Positions 13,990-29,506 of a stretch of 64,000 nucleotides of DNA are shown here, piece after piece; position 1 is the first letter of the stretch, and each line of letters opens with the position of its first letter. Both the position numbers and the translations under genes were made by a program. The notes under the pieces are model-generated. The model worked only from the letters and a program-made list of their open reading frames with translations. It had not been told where the DNA came from and made no database searches. The stretch comes from Octopus vulgaris (lineage: Eukaryota). Location: positions 110,360,001 to 110,424,000 of the forward strand of contig OX597818.1 in the NCBI GenBank assembly GCA_951406725.2, in the 5' to 3' direction.

Positions 13990-14235
13990 CTTACTTGTTT
14001 CAGTCATTAGACTGCGGCGATGCTGGGGCAACACCTTGAATTTATAGTCGAATGAATCGACCTCAGTAATTCTTTTTAAGCATGGTACTTATTTTTATCA
14101 GTCTGTTTTGTCGAAACGTTAAGGTACGGAGACGTAACCACACCGACACCGGTTGTCAAGCAGTGGTGTGGGACAGGTACACACACACACTCACATATAT
14201 ATACATATATATATATGAATGTATGAATGTTTGTG

Positions 14236-14282
<47 letters not shown>

Positions 14283-14770
14283 ATCACGTGACCGACCAGG
14301 CTATCAGATGTTGCTACACATCGTTGGTCACAATGTGCTTCGCATTGTCTTAGCCTTCAAATGACGCCACCCCGCTGGCTAAGCGAGCAGGCCAAAAGAA
14401 GAAAGAGTGAGAGAAAGTTGTGGCGAAAGAATACAGCAGGGATTGCCACCCACCCCCCTGCCAGAGCCTCGTGGAGCATTAGGTGTTTTCGTTCAATAAA
14501 CACTCACAACAATAAACACTGGGAATCTAAACCGCGATCCTATGTATGTATGTATGTATGTATGTATGTGTGTATGCGTGTATGTATGTGTGTGTGTGTA
14601 TGTATAGGACGATCTCCTTTCAGTTTCCGTATACCAAATGCACTTTCGAGTTTTTAGTAGGCCCGTGGCTATAGTAGAAAACACTTGCCCAAGGCACCAC
14701 GAGGTGGGACTGAACCCGAGACCATGTGGTAGGGAAGCAAATATCTCTGCACGGAACCCTGCCTACGCCT
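13990..14770 (-). mobile_element. tRNA-derived CORE-SINE (family 1, octopus-type) with a nested SINE-like insert at about 14274-14541
   Basis: Minus-strand head with B box ggttcagtccc and CORE-like ccttgggcaagtgt. Tail segment gtcattagactgcggc...gtcgaatgaatcgacc is shared with many copies in the window. Confidence 0.8.
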
Positions 14771-15720
14771 AGAAAGACGTACTAAGAATAATAACATTCG
14801 TGTATTGTTAGTAATGAAAGGTTTGTTGTGTTGTTTGAGCCAAGCCTTGACGCCATCAAACCTATTTTTGTTTTCTGTGAAGATGGCTGCGAGTTGGAAT
14901 GAGAAAACATACTTCACCTCTCGACATACAAACTTACGTTTGTTTACAAATCTCTGACAATTTTCTCCCAACAATCAGGTGCTGGTTTGTACCAAATAAG
15001 TAGACTTATAGATTAATTAATAATTTATATCTTAATGGATGTTCAAGGATTTCTTGTCCATTGAAATATTTTCCTGTAAGGTTAAATATTTATAGGAAAA
15101 AAAAAACTGGAGGTATGTTTATAAAAGGTTAATTTCAGGGAAGGACAATAATCAAATTGATCGCATTTAATACTTAGCACTCTCCATATTGACGCCAGAC
15201 AGACACGACGCGTAGTTGACCTGGGTAGATTTCAAAGTTGAACGTATAAGGGTGATACGGAAATAAACGATAGAGCTGATTCTGCACAATCTGTTACTCC
15301 ACTACTCTTGGACTATTGATTATATTCGTACGATAACTGAAGAGAACTGAAGAAGCGGTAGTAAAGAATATAGGATTCTGGATGGTCGCTAGAAACCATT
15401 CGGCTTCACTCCTGCTGTGAATACGATTGAACAGGTTGATCCTGTATCAAAATATGAAATCAATACCATAGATGTTTCATACTGAAATCTATTGTTGTAT
15501 GACGATTGTCTGCTTGCTAATGTGTATATAGAGTATACAGAACGATGTGTGTATGCAAGGATATAGAGAACGAGCAACATAGTCACCTATTTATGCACAA
15601 ACATATAATCACACACAGATTTATGCCTTGTTCTCTCTTTCCTTTCTGCACACAGGCAAACACGCACATGCATACCTATACATACACGCATATATATATG
15701 CAAAGAGAAGCAGAGAGAGG

Positions 15721-15828
<108 letters not shown>

Positions 15829-17890
15829 GTTATGAGTGTATATATAGTAACTGGAGGAAATACTACCATAGCATAGCTTGAAATGTATGTCAAACCATAC
15901 GTACACAGCTGAAGCCATATATCGATAGAATCTGTTTCGTGGCAAAACACCTGAGTCTTTTCTGTCTTACCTGTTGATCATTTATCAAAGCTTTTATCAT
16001 GATTGAAACAAAAACGTGTCTGCAAGTAATTCTTAATGGACGATGTCAGACATGTTGCTTATTCTCCTTCCTTTGCTTCCGATGCCATATATCGATACAA
16101 AAATATAACTTTATGCCAACATTTTCGTACATATGTGTATATAATTGTATATATGCCGTCAGCTACTCTCTTGTTATCACCCAACTGCCATGTCTTCTTA
16201 CAGTGCCCAGCATTCAATGGTAGCCTCTATCCGCCAGCAGTTAGCAAGTGTCAATATTCGCCTGTTTCGACATTCACTAATTTCAGTCAGTCCCAAAAAA
16301 AGACTGTTATATCGTGCCCGAAAAGTGGAAAAGCAAAATCGGTCGTGGCGAGATCTGAACCCAGAATATAAAAGTGTATCACTAAATACAGCAATGCACT
16401 TCATACATCTTTCTACCGATTCTGCCATCCGCCGCCCTTGGTGCGATCGGGGAATGGCAGAATCGGTAGAATTCCATTTAATGAAATGCAGCAATTTTCT
16501 TGTGAGAAATTAAGACACTTAAATGGCATCGCTATTTAAGCACTAAAGAGGGAGCGGACAAGTTAGGAAGGTTTCTTATCCCTTTAACGCTTTACTATTT
16601 GTCTATCAAAAACTTTGCATCTCTTTCGGTTTCGATTTCTGTCCAGTGCACTTTGGAATGGAAATTAAACCAGTTTTTAAGAGAACTTCTATTTGCATGT
16701 AGAAAATACAAAGAACATGCTGATGCTTTAAGAAGTGCTTTGTGTTCTTCCAATATTCGTGGAGAGTGGGTTCGGGAGTGGCGGAGGAGGAGGTGACTGC
16801 CTGCTTTGAAAATTCTCTTTCAAACCCTTCATGTACGGTTTGTGCAAACACGTTGGGCAAATATTTTCTAAGTTAGACTTATATTGACCGATGTCTTGAA
16901 AATAGTATTTTGTGGAGAAAGCGGAATGAAATTTAGTAAACAAAAGTTTGTGAGTAACACTGTGTATGTTGCGGTGGTGGTGGTGGTGGTGGTGGTGGTG
17001 GTGGTGGTGGTGGTGGTGTGGCCTGTGTGTGACCATACGATGTAAACACCGACGCGGAAAGCAACACACACACACTTTCATATAGAAATGCCGTTCATGG
17101 TATTTGTTCCGCTTGAGTTACACTGACAATCCTTCAGAAGTGCAGCGAACTTATGGCCATTGGGTGGCTGAGTGGCTGGGTGGCTGGGAGTATCTGCAAC
17201 CAAACCTAATGCTATTATTATTCACCAAATACTATATAAAGTATATATTAATAAAGACATTTTGCTTGAAATAGAACTTCACACAGATATTATTGACATT
17301 TTAACATCAAACCCAAAATTATAAAAATAAAAAATTAGATCAACTAAAAGATACATACGTAATTTCAGAATATTTGAATAAAAACATCTTTTAAAAATAT
17401 TAGCTTATTATATTTTCCCTTTATCCAAAATAATAATTATATTTCTTCTTCAAAGAGAACTTTGAAACACAGGAAATTTCTGATACACGTTGTCAATATT
17501 GACAGAGAATTTGACTCAGCAGCAGAAAGAATTGATAAAGTATAAAAGATTTCTGCCTCTCAGACTTAATGAGACACAATAAGTCGATAACTTCCACAGG
17601 CTGGAATCGTTAAACCACTTTACAGAAGCTTAAACAAATCACTTGATATTAAATAGGGCGGTTTATTCCCTTTCTCAGACTTCATTATAAAACGGTACAG
17701 ATAGGATTTCTAAAAAAGTGATTCATCTTGGAGGACATTTTGTTTGTCTCGGTTATTGCTAAATGATTGATTATAAGCAGTTGTTACAAAGACCTCTACC
17801 ATCTATTGCTTATATTTGTATTTATTATACAATAATACGATAATAATAATAATGATGACGATAATAATAATAATGATAATAATAATAATG

Positions 17891-17970
<80 letters not shown>

Positions 17971-18055
17971 AATGATAATAATAATAATAATAATAATGGT
18001 GATGATGATGATGATGATGATAATAATAATAACAATAATTAGAATAATAATAATC

Positions 18056-18472
18056 ATACAAAAACTAAGCAAGTATAAAGATTTTGAAATAGAAATTAGC
18101 AAAATGTGGAACCTGAAAACTAAAATAATACCTGTTGCTATAGGTGCCCTAGGAATGATAGCAAAAGGGGCTGATTGCTACCTACCTCAGATACCAGGAA
18201 ACCCCCAAAATTGCAGAAAATCAAAAGATAGTGCTCATGGAAACTACTCATATCCTACGCAAAATACTTTCTATGTAATCTCAAGTTTTAAAACAAGCAT
18301 AATTTTTTTATGGTTTCTTGAACATTCTCTAGAACAACACTATGTACAAAACCAAATATATGGCACCCTAGGCATAACACCAACATGAACTTCCAACTTG
18401 TTGTCTCTTGAGGTCTCTGGGTGAGACTTGGAGCCAACTTGTGCAAAAGCAAAGCAAAAGTCAAACATGAAA
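18056..18472 (+). mobile_element. R4/Dong-type non-LTR retrotransposon, 5'-truncated 3' end, in (AAT)n
   Basis: QKLSKYKDFEIEISKMWNLKTKIIPVAIGALG plus a 3' UTR nearly identical to 37984-38410; (AAT)n on both sides. Confidence 0.9.
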
Positions 18473-18600
<128 letters not shown>

Positions 18601-18621
18601 AGGAGGAGGAGGAGGAGGAGA

Positions 18622-18972
18622 ACGGATCATAGATATAGCATGTCCAGCTGACAGCAAGGTATGCGATAAGGAAGAAAGAAAAGTCGATAGATATAACAGG
18701 TTAGCTTGGGAGGTTAAGCAGTTGTGGTTGATGAAAAAGGTAGCAGTAGTACCAATAATGGTCGGATCCCTGGGAACAGTGAGCAAAAATCTCGAGAGGC
18801 ACATACAACAAACAGGGGCTGCAATAAGGGTGGAACACTTGTAGAAAACAGCACTGCTCGAAACCACTCGAACACTCCGGATGGTGCTCGAAAAATGAGG
18901 AGTGTTACCTTCGTTCACTGGTAGTGAACAGCTGACACTGTAGTACATCTCCAATGTTAGAAGCTGTGCAAA

Positions 18973-18974
<2 letters not shown>
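18622..18974 (+). mobile_element. Second R4/Dong-type family, 3' fragment (RLE C-terminus)
   Basis: Translates IIDIACPADSKVCDKEERKVDRYNRLAWEVKQLWLMKKVAVVPIMVGSLGTV...KTALLETTRTLRMVLEK; followed directly by (AAT)n. Confidence 0.85.
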
Positions 18975-19051
<77 letters not shown>

Positions 19052-21045
19052 TTAATAATAATAATAATAATAATAATAAAACAATGCTAGTATTTTGTCT
19101 TAATCAATTGACTAAATCTAAAGAAAATTTGCTCCGCGGCATTTTTGTTTATCGTTGTCCTCTCAGTGACGCTTTTCTTAAACGTTCGACTTTATTTTAG
19201 AACCTTGTAAATAAGAGAGAATAATAAAGAGCACGGGGAGTCGAGTCATGAACCAAGGGATTCAAGAGTTCGTGTCATTTGAGTGGAAATACATTGTTTG
19301 GGTGACCAGACGACAGAGCCTTCCAAAAGCAGATGACAACATTCGCCGTGAAACGATAGGACAGGATAAGAACAATAGAATGCAGTTAGCAGCGGCAACA
19401 TTATAAAAAAAAAACCTCGGATGTCTTGTTAGATTACAATACAGAAGCGAAATTCTTGTATGAGACACACCAAGATGAATTGTGGCGCTGAAAATGTAAG
19501 AAGTACTCAGTTAAAAGCTATACAGCTTCTAACTGATTGCTTCTTCTGTATAGAAAACAGACCTTCACAGGAATGATTGGTACATTCTTATTCACCAAAA
19601 TATCAGTGATTAAAGATTAGATAACCAAGAATCACCTGTAAGATCTTGTATTCAAAGTTTTCATCAATATATCATAGAAATTTCCAGCAAATATTTGGAA
19701 ATCATAACTGATGGACAAATATGTGTTTATTAAAATATATACGATATTTTTGCGAAAATTTTATTACATAGAAACATTTTAATTTTAATTTTGCTTGAGT
19801 TTTTGAATAAAATAATGACAGAAATCTATTCACTAAACAATTTATTTACAAACAGTTAAAATGGCTTCGAAACATCTGATAGAATGGTATATAATAATGA
19901 GAATTGAAAGACGTGTAGTTTGATGAAATCTTCAAATCAATTGAAAGTGAAGCTTTAAAGTTGGCCATCAAACAGAAAAGAGAAATTAAATATGAATCGA
20001 GATCAAAAGAAAATATGAGGAAGAGCTATAAATTAAAGAATTACCGATTGAGTAATTTAAGATAGTTAAGAACTAAGTGTAAGAAATGAAAGAGAACAGT
20101 TTGTTCATCTTCCTGGCTGTCATCTCTATTTATAGTATTAATTCAATGAGTTGTGTACATCGTCTGGGATGGCGTTAATATTATCTCTCAGTAAGAAATG
20201 CCTGTGGAAAGAATAGTCACCCACCTGAAATTAAAGAAACATTCTCTTCACAAGACGAATAAATCAACAAACATTATCAGATTATTTTTCTTTTTCTTTT
20301 GACATTTTATTGTATAATTTACCCAAACCAACAAGATAGCTGCTACATCGTCCCTCAAATTCATTGAAATATCAGCGTAATCTCCTTTAAATCCCACTCT
20401 GTCGTTTTAAAAATAAGATTGTATCTATTACAACAGTGGATTCACAGTCTCTTGAAAGAAACATAGATGGGGAGATAATAGCGAGAGACATTTTAATTAT
20501 AGGTTTGTTCAATCAAGACCGACGGAGCTTGGGGCTAACCAACAACAATTAATTTCCAAATACAGACACAAGATGGCAGAGTTTGTGTAGGAGATGACTG
20601 AATCGGCTCCAGAAATGGACAGTAATTTTATCGACCTTGGAAGAATGAATGATAAATTCGTTCACAAACATGATGGTCATTCAATTCCGAAACTAGACAC
20701 GTGACTAAGCCCCGCAATAAACACTGTCCGACTTTATAGTGATTCTCACTATCGACCGCCATATGTGACGATGAGAAAGCTTCATTTTCCCAGAGACTCT
20801 AAAGAAAAGCACTCGATATAAAGCAAGTTTTGATTAACGGAAACTATTATTTATTTATGTAAACACAATCAACATTCTATGGCTTGCGTTTTTCAGTTTT
20901 GTTCTAATCATTTGGGTAACGTTCCACGAATGTATAAAGTTATATGAATAACTTTAAAGATCGAAGGAATAAATGATACTTAAAGCAATTCCATTGCACT
21001 GAAAACAATAACGGAAAGAGAAACGATGTTATTTACGCCCCCCTC

Positions 21046-21079
<34 letters not shown>

Positions 21080-21239
21080 CGTCAAAGAGGTGGACTGGCA
21101 TGGTCTTTGTGGTGTGGAGTGGAACACCTAATAGTATATGTCCGGCTTCTGAGTTAGTGCCAGTTCAGATACCAAGCTCCTTCACCCACCCCCCGTAGGT
21201 TGTCTTTCACTTATTGCCCTCCTGGTTTGGTGAAAACTT

Positions 21240-21464
21240 TCAAGGGGTCGTTGAAGAAAAGTGGGGCGATGATGGGGGTAGCGATTCATGTAAAAACAAC
21301 AAAATAACGGGTTCATTGGGTTAAGTTTCATTTGTGAAATACATTTGCTTTGAATTTGTTTCAGAAAGAGGTTTATGTTTGTGAGGGTTAGTTGGGGCAG
21401 GGGCGCTAGGAATGTGGTCCGGGTGTCAAGGGGGCAGCAGCCCGAAAAAGTTTGGGAAATACTG
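21240..21464. mobile_element. Probable hAT (Charlie-like) MITE remnant
   Basis: Right end aaaaagtttgggaaatactg followed by ttttaga resembles hAT-Charlie termini and target preference; left TIR not identified. Confidence 0.35.
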
Positions 21465-21722
21465 TTTTAGATAAACATCGGTAGCGCGAAGAAGGAGAAA
21501 AGCCTGCAGGCATCAGCACCTGCCAGGCTTCCTCAAACCATTTTGGACTCACCTTCATTCACATGTATAGATACATTTATGGTCGGCAATGACTGGTACA
21601 GACTCTATGGAAGTCGAGAAAGGGGTCGATTAGATCCATTAACCCCTAATGGCCTCTCATTTGTTTTACGTCAACCTGGGAAACATTGCATTGCTGCTAC
21701 TATCTATTATCGTTATTACTTC

Positions 21723-21774
<52 letters not shown>

Positions 21775-22894
21775 TGTGGTGGTGGTGGTGGTGGTGGTGG
21801 TGGTGGTGGTGGTAGTAGCAGTAGTAGTAGTAGTCGTAGTGGTGGTGGTGGTGATGGCAGTAGTAGTAGTAGTAGTAGTGGTAGTAGTGGTGCTGGTAGC
21901 AGTAGTAGTAGTAGTTGTAGTAGTGGTGGTGGTGGTAGTAGTAGTAGTAGTATTGGTGTTGGTGGTGGTAGTAGTAGTAGTAGTAGTGGTGGTGGTGGTG
22001 GTGGTGGTGGTGGTGGTAGCAGCAGTAGTAGTTGTTGTTGTTGTAGTAGTAGCGGTGGTGTTGATGGTGATGATGATGGTGGTGGTAGTAGTAGCAGCAG
22101 CTGTTGTTTTTGTTTTTGTTGTTGTTTTAACAGTAGTGGCAGCAGTACTTGTGGTAGCAAGTCCAGAGTGTAGTTCGGTTCGTTTTACAACATTTTACAA
22201 CGTCATACAAATCCCATTATTGTTTCTACACAAACTTTTAAGGTTTTCTGATTATGTGGATAAAATCAATATTTCTGAAACGAAGCAGATCGATACCGCT
22301 TCCTCGTTTAAATGGAAAACAATGTCTCCGTGTATATATACAGCTCTGCTCAGTACATAAGTAAAGCAATCGTTAATATAACATTTAAAAAGAGCGCAGA
22401 GTAACAGATTCAATCGGGGGAAAAAACGAATTAAACTCCTTCCGGTTGTTTTTTCTTTCTGGCCTCCCTTTAGAGTCTGGTTTCAAAACTGGCCGGATAT
22501 AACTTTGTTTTTCGTCCACTTGAGGGAACACGTAGCTTTGTTCTCACTGCGAGCCACCTTGAGCAAGTGTTTCTTGTCACGGTTTCCGTTTTCGCCTGAG
22601 GAATTTTGTAGATATGTGATAAGGTTTCGCTGTTGCACGTTTGTCAGTGAAAAATGTAAAACACCAGCGAGAAAATGAGAGAAAACAAAAACTAAAAAAA
22701 GAAAATAAATAAATAAACAAGAATACAATTTCATGTAAGCGAAATCCCTTCCTTTGTTTGTACTGCCTCAGGTTACGGACACTCCCTTTCTCTGCTACGC
22801 CAGAATTGCTGTGAAGCAATAAACGATCCGTTGGAAGCATTAACTATTAAACTACCGTTCACCCTTGGCGATATGTATTGAATATATATGCTCA

Positions 22895-22968
<74 letters not shown>

Positions 22969-22977
22969 ATGTATGTA

Positions 22978-23460
22978 CCGTATTTTAACGTGTGTAAGGA
23001 AACCATTTTTGTCAAAAATTAGGTTAAAAATATGGGGTGGTAAGTAGCTTGCTTACCAAAGCCATGTGAGTGGATCTGGTAGACGGAAACTGAAAGAAGC
23101 CCGTCGTATATATGTATGTACATAGTATATTTATATGTGTGTGTATATGTTGTGTATCTGTGTTTGTCCCCCCAACATCGCTTGACAATCGATACTGGTG
23201 TGTTTAGGTCCACGTAACTTACCGGTCTGGCAAAAGAGACCGATCGAATAAGTACATAGCTTGCAAAGAATAAGTCCTGGGGTAGATTTCATTCGACTAA
23301 AGGAAGTGCTCCAGCATGGCCGCTGTCAAATGACTGAAACAAGTAAAAAAAATACATGGATACTATTATAATCCCTTACAAATCATTTTTCCAAATTTTA
23401 AGTCCCCAAATTTAGAAGGTTCCTTTTACGTGAAGGGCCCTTATACACGTTAAAATACGG
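22978..23460. mobile_element. Tc1/pogo-type MITE with a family 1 SINE inserted (about 23040-23350, +)
   Basis: TIRs ccgtattttaacgtgtgtaagg / ccttatacacgttaaaatacgg, TA on both flanks. Confidence 0.8.
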
Positions 23461-23501
23461 TACATATATATATATATATATATATACACACATTCACATA
23501 A

Positions 23502-23561
<60 letters not shown>

Positions 23562-24249
23562 TATATACATACATACACACACACGTCTTTGTATTTTCAT
23601 AGTTTCTCCATTTCTTTTAGAGAAACATTGTCATCTGCTGGTATTGATACATCAATTAGAAAGCATTTTTTTTCTTCCTGATCTCTGACAACTATATCTG
23701 GCCAATTGGCCTTAATTTCTCTATCTGTGTGTATTGGCATATGCCATAGTATGGTTGCTTTCTCATTTCATCTGACCATCATCATCATCATTATTATTAT
23801 TATTAGTAGTATTATTATTATTATTGATATGATCGTTGTTAACAGCGATGCTACTGCTGTTGTGCTATTGTTTACTCTCAGATCGACTCGGATCGAATGG
23901 ATAGAATGACAGAACCATTCAAATAGTCACCGAACCATCCTTTCGTCTTGGCGATGTTGAAGATTTTGCGCATATCAAAGATTGTTCAATTTGGCCCCTT
24001 CTTGCTTTAAGATGGTGAAGATTGATTAGGGAGAATATTTTGGCTACTCGTCCCACCATGTAAGAGTCCTCTTTTGCTATATTTCAGATGACCCCTGATC
24101 TCCAGGCCACCGACCAGTACCAGATCATAGATCATTTGATACCAGGCCGCAAAGAAACGATAATTTCTTTTTATTTATATTTTTTTCTGGCCTATCGCAA
24201 TTTTTTTTTTACTTTATATATGTATTGCATTTTTTATAATTTATCTTTT

Positions 24250-24950
<701 letters not shown>

Positions 24951-25114
24951 TAGTTCTGCACACAAACACACACACGCACATATGCATATATTTATGCATA
25001 TAAAAATATATATATACATACATATATGTGTATGTATATATATATATATACATGTATTATATGATATATATTATATAGATATATATACTTTTTATATATT
25101 GATATCATATATAT

Positions 25115-25336
25115 TACTCTTTTATTCTTTTACTTGGCCATGTTAGAGCAACACCTTTAGTCGAGCAAATCGACCTCAGGACGTAGACTTTGTAAGCATA
25201 GTGCTGATTTCATCGGTCTCTTTTGCCGAACCGTTAGATTACGAGGCCGTAAACACACCGACAACGGTTGTCAAGCGATGGTAGGGGGACAAACAGACAC
25301 ACAAACACGTGCACATATATATATGTGTGTGTGTGC

Positions 25337-25386
<50 letters not shown>

Positions 25387-25540
25387 ATGTATATATATAT
25401 GCAATGGGCTTCTTTAAGTTCCCATCTACCAAATCCACTCACATGGCTTTGCTTGGCTCGAGGATATAGCAGAAGATAATTGTCCAAGGTTCCACGCAGT
25501 GGGACCGAACCCGGAAGCATGTGGCTGGTAAGCAGGCTAT
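25115..25540 (-). mobile_element. Family 1 SINE
   Basis: tcggtctcttttgccgaaccg...ctaccaaatccactcac...ccacgcagtgggaccgaacccggaa, with an internal (GT)n. Confidence 0.8.
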
Positions 25541-25922
25541 ATATAATATATTATATTATATTTCATTATATATGTAATATTTAATTTATATATTATGCAT
25601 ACGACCACCATGTCCGCTCGCAGTGCTTAGAAAAATTGTCTTGCCTAAAACGAATCGAATGCGCGAAAATGGTTGGGAAGCGCTGCCTTAGCGAATCTCG
25701 TTAAGATAGGAAACAAGGATACATGCTCGCACCTTCGACATTTTAATTGACATCTCCCCTTTATGGAAGCAGAATCGCCTACTTATATAACAAGCAGACC
25801 TGATGCAGAGAGCCACCTACAAACAAGGAAATACAAAAATAGACGTTCATAGGAACTCTATACTTATTTAATAAAGAGAGAAGTAATTAAGTGTGTGTGT
25901 GTGTGTGCGTTGTGTGCGTTGT

Positions 25923-25987
<65 letters not shown>

Positions 25988-26739
25988 AAAGTGTTTTGGT
26001 AGCAAGCTATCGATTGCATTCGCCAATACATAGATTCCGTTACTATCCTAACGGACACACAGATACACAGAAACACGAGTGAACGTATAACAAGCCACAC
26101 ATACAACATAAACACAATTTTTCCGACCAAATCAATATGAGGAGTACTAGATACACTTTGGTGGTGCTGAAATTCTGTGGAATCTGTTGCTTGTGTGTGT
26201 TTGGAATAATCATGATGAGATGAAAAACTTAGCAGCAAAGGTTGCGGCGTGATGTTCGATATGAGAATCCTTTAGATAAAAGGATGTTTTTAAACCGATT
26301 CACTACACACGCGCAACCACACACACACACACACATACACACACACACACAAATTCACACATGCACACACACACATACACGCATGCATGCGTGCACTGTG
26401 CTTGCGTGCGTGTGCAAGTGTATGTATATAAATATGTGTGTATGTGTGTGAGAGAGGAAGATTATTGCTATGGATATTAATCTCTGGTAAGCGTTATATA
26501 AATAAGTACGTACGCAGCCCATGTAGACATGTTATGGGAGATATATGTGTCATACAGGTTTATATTGCACATGGATATAGACATAATGTATATGTGTGTG
26601 TGTGTGTGTGTATGTGTGTGTGTGTAGATATATACATTACATATACAGAGAGAGAGAGAGAGAAAGAGAGAGAGGCACACAGAGAGAATAATACAAATAG
26701 ATAAATAGAAACAGAGATGGATAGGAGAGAGGGAACGAG

Positions 26740-26796
26740 GGAGAAAGAAGGAAAGAAGGAAAGAAACAAGGAAAGAAAGAAACAAACAAACAAACA

Positions 26797-26836
<40 letters not shown>

Positions 26837-27102
26837 AGGAAAGAAACAAAGAAACAAAGAAAGAAGGAAAGAAGGAAAGAAAGAAGGAAAGAAAGAAACA
26901 AAGAAAGAAGGAAAGAAGGAAAGAAAGAAGGAAAGAAAGAAGGAAAGAAAGAATGAAACAAAGAAAGAAGGAAAGAAGGAAAGAAAGAAGGAAAGAAAGA
27001 AACAAAGAAAGAAGGAAAGAAGGAAAGAAAGAAGGAAAGAAAGAAGGAAAGAAAGAGAGAAGGAAAGAAAGAAGGAAAGAAAAAAAAAGAAAGAAAGAAA
27101 GC

Positions 27103-27177
<75 letters not shown>
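26740..27177 (+). repeat. Compound (GAAA)n/(GAAG)n polypurine tract
   Basis: Directly visible, about 440 bp. Confidence 0.95.
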
Positions 27178-27442
27178 TGGTAGATAGATGCTCGTACATA
27201 TGTTCCAATATACTGCTAATTATAGAAATTAATTGAAATTAATTGTTACGAGGTTTGTGTTTACAATACATGAATATTTATCAGAGATATATGTATGAGG
27301 TGATTGCGAATATGCTCGTTGTTTCCACGGTGTATTTATGCTTGGATAGACGAGTATTGATATCCAAAGTTGCAATTATCAACACATGAGTGGATAGACC
27401 GATAGACAGATAGATATAGACATAAATATAGATATACATATA

Positions 27443-27666
27443 CAGCAATCCCTCGCCATATCGCGGTTCACCTACCGGGGATTATGATTTAAGCTTACGT
27501 CGATTCCTCCCTGACTTTGTTTTGCATTTATAATAAAATAAATATATACGAATTATAAAAATAATTGAAGTAAAATATTCCCTACAGTGCTGTTTCTACT
27601 TCGCGGATTTTCACTTATCACGGGGGTTAGGGGAACGTAAAACCCGCGATAGTCGAGGGATTACTG
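27443..27666. mobile_element. Tigger/pogo-type MITE
   Basis: TIRs cagcaatccctcgccatatcgcgg / ccgcgatagtcgagggattactg; TA at the left flank. Confidence 0.75.
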
Positions 27667-27759
27667 TGCACAGATATTTACAAACATAAACATCCATATA
27701 TTTACATGAAACATATAAACACAAAAACGTACGTATATTAAATACATGTATATTCTTTT

Positions 27760-28150
27760 ACTCTTTCATTTGCTTCAGTGATTTGACTGTGGTCATGCTG
27801 GAGCACCGCCCTTAGTCGAAAAATGATGGACCCCAGGACTTATTCTTTGTAAGCCTAGTACTTGTTCAATCGGTGTCTTTTTGCCGAGCCGCTAAGTTAC
27901 AGGGATGTAAACACACCAGCATCGGTTGTCAAGCAATGTCGGGGAACAAATACAGTCACATACACACATACACACACACACACATATATATATATGCGAC
28001 GGGCTTCTTTCAGTTTCCGTCTACCAAATCCACTCACAAGGCTTTGGTCCGCCCTAAGTTATAGTAGAAGACACCTGCCCATGGAGCCACGCAGTGGGAC
28101 TGAACCCGGAACCATGTGGTTGGTAAGCAAGCTTACCACACAGCTACATC
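27760..28150 (-). mobile_element. Family 1 SINE, near full length
   Basis: The minus strand reads gctgtgtggtaag (A box) ...ccgggttcagtcccactgcgtggc (B box), CORE-like segment, internal microsatellite, then the conserved tail. Confidence 0.85.
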
Positions 28151-28161
28151 GTATGCGGCCG

Positions 28162-28228
<67 letters not shown>

Positions 28229-28909
28229 TGCTCGAAACACGGGAGTACAAAAACAGCCAACAACTGATAAAGGGTCGTCCTTTATGTTATTTGCCTTGTT
28301 TTCCATTTGTGTCTTTCGTTGTTCGAAAGAATAGTTCATATTCCATGTACTCGTACTTCGTATTTTTTGTGTTGTACATGTTTCATGACGTCCTGTGCCT
28401 ACATATGTCTGTGTGTGTGTATATATGCATAAACAATAAGCACGTACACATATAAACGTATATGTATCCGTATATAAATGCTTACATATATACATATATA
28501 TTTGTGACATACACAAGTTCGTTCTTCCAAAGTGTTCTACAGACGTGACTGTTGTGTGTATGTATACGTGCATGAATACACACACACAAACACACATGCG
28601 TATGTTTGTGTGTACACCTGTATAGTCTCTTATGGGAGTATATGTCTGTATACGCATTGATATTTTCGTGTCATACACAAACTTATTCGCGTGTATAAGT
28701 TAATATATACCCTGTACGTATATGTAAATAAGAATATATATATATTATATATATTTACATACACACACACACACTCACACACACACATATATATATATAT
28801 TCACACAATAATACCTATCTGGCAATATCTATCTCTCAATCTATCCATGTATCGATTTATCTATCTACCTATCTCTCTATTTCTGTATATCACAGTTCCG
28901 TCATATATT

Positions 28910-28945
<36 letters not shown>

Positions 28946-29412
28946 GGACCCGTGTTTATATATGCCACGCTTTAATGCAGTAACTGCAGAGTGTGTCACA
29001 GTCGCTCAGTAGCTTAACATTTCCTGATGTAATCCATTTATAATCGGTTAACCAAGCCAGTAGAACGAGACCGCTAGTTTATGTATGACATGCCTATCCT
29101 TCGGCGAATTAGCAGCTCAGATGCAGAAGGAGAACTACAACCGGCATTCGTAACCGGGTCGCTTTTATGCATTTTTCATGGTTTCTTTTATGTATATTTT
29201 TACATCAACCCTCATCGTATTTAAATAAACCTTACACATCACGATATACGTGGACATCTGTGCAAGCGTGTGACCGTTAGTGAGTTTCCGTGAGCGCGTC
29301 CGTATGTATAGATTGGTTATGTACACGCGCGCATAGATATATCTGCTTATCTATCTATCCATCTATCTATCCATCCATCTATTTATGCTTAGGTTGACAG
29401 ATAAAGAGAGAA

Positions 29413-29506
<94 letters not shown>

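Noticed and set aside
22440-22640. Minus-strand coding exon after a polypyrimidine tract
   Set aside because: Short open frames, no recognisable homology and no convincing donor site.
28255-28345. Additional hammerhead (caaCTGATAAaggg...ttcGAAAgaat)
   Set aside because: Stems I and III could not be paired convincingly.
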